Source: an uncultured Candidatus Saccharibacteria bacterium (GTDB lineage: Bacteria; Patescibacteriota; Minisyncoccia; Minisyncoccales; CAYJUL01). Taken from it: a stretch of 59,876 nt of DNA. How positions within the stretch are numbered: position 1 is the stretch's first letter; each line of letters starts with the position of its first letter. This document shows positions 59,234-59,876 of this stretch, one piece after another. The notes beneath the pieces were generated by a model, which did no database searches, was not told the origin of the DNA, and saw only the letters and a list, made by a program, of their open reading frames with translations. The DNA is taken from NCBI GenBank assembly GCA_964401295.1, contig CAYNXX010000003.1, positions 66,595-126,470 on the forward strand, written 5' to 3'. The position numbers were made by a program, and so were the translations under genes.

Positions 59234-59830
59234 TTATTTATCGGTAATAAAACTTCTTAGTGCTGTGAGTGCGCGTCTGTGCCGCGATTTTATGGTATGC
59301 AATGGCTCTCCTAGCGATTCAGCTATTTCGCGGAAGGTAAAATGATCGTTATATCGTAAAAATAAAACCATACGATATTGCGGCGATAATTTTTCAAGCG
59401 CGGTATTTAATATCTGCGCAATTTCAGCTTTTTCGAAAAGTTCCGGCGGGAGAGGAGACGTATCGACAAAATTCTCATTCTCGCCACCAAGGACGGATCT
59501 TCGCCCTAGATGGATACGCCTTGGGAATACGCCTCGAGTGGAAAATGCGGAAAATGGAATTGCTTTTTTCTTTTTAAGAAAATCTATCGCGGAATTTTTT
59601 GCAATAGAAAAAATCCAAGTTTTAAAACTTTTACCTTGGTCAAATTTTTTAAGATTGCACCACGCTTTCACGAAAACTTCTTGAGAAACATCTTCGGCAT
59701 CCTTCGATGCACCGATATATCTGTATATAAAACTGTAAATCGACCTAGTGTATCTGCTAAAAAGAATCTCAAGCGATTTTTCATCGCCCGCAAGATAGTC
59801 TGCAATGAGTTGTTGGTCTAAATCACTCAT
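59234..59830 (-). CDS. ECF sigma-70 factor
   Basis: DAEDVSQEVFVKAW, FKTWIFSIAKN..IDF, FREIAESLG...TIKSR..RA. Confidence 0.93.
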   Translation of the reverse strand: MSDLDQQLIADYLAGDEKSLEILFSRYTRSIYSFIYRYIGASKDAEDVSQEVFVKAWCNLKKFDQGKSFKTWIFSIAKNSAIDFLKKKKAIPFSAFSTRGVFPRRIHLGRRSVLGGENENFVDTSPLPPELFEKAEIAQILNTALEKLSPQYRMVLFLRYNDHFTFREIAESLGEPLHTIKSRHRRALTALRSFITDK

Positions 59831-59876
59831 GATGAACCCATATTTGTGCAATTATTTGACGAAATAATTGTTGGTG

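Noticed and set aside
54180-59830. ECF sigma, anti-sigma and MacAB-like ABC operon as a novel system
   Set aside because: Ordinary envelope-stress/export arrangement with canonical motifs
1-59876. CRISPR array, rRNA, transposase, reverse transcriptase/DGR, or alternative genetic code
   Set aside because: No regularly spaced direct repeats, rRNA motifs, DDE/HUH or RT motifs were seen; the repeat pairs are inverted and identical, with no adenine-specific mismatches; TGA terminates conserved genes
59871-59876. TTGGTG at the window end as a possible tRNA 3' end on the minus strand
   Set aside because: Only 6 nt are visible; cannot be supported

Overview
A 59.9 kb bacterial chromosomal segment using the standard code (TGA is a stop). 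Gene content points to Patescibacteria/CPR, probably Parcubacteria; this is an inference from the type IV pilus/comF cluster, archaeal-type UMP kinase, VirB2-like pilin paralogs, shortened ValRS, tRNA-Ile(UAU), tRNA-Arg(GCG) and the absence of biosynthetic genes. The core backbone (pil genes, comF, ldhA, recG, valS, gyrA, S1 protein, pyrH, ftsH, rplS, 11 tRNAs, ECF sigma plus MacAB-like ABC operon) is interrupted by accessory blocks that mostly start at tRNA 3' ends. These are: (i) a MoxR-DUF58-VWA-TPR-VWA operon with a divergent 898-aa FtsH-like protease; (ii) a PrkA-YeaH-SpoVR-PrkA operon preceded by a candidate structured RNA and a leader peptide; (iii) a 4.1 kb large-serine-recombinase element in tRNA-Leu(TAG); (iv) stand-alone GC-rich orphan genes. 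The most striking observation is in (iii). The element carries a perfect 263-bp inverted internal copy of its own predicted circle junction (attP) just upstream of the recombinase gene, and integration swaps the recombinase C-terminus. All calls come from reading motifs by eye; no database searches were run.
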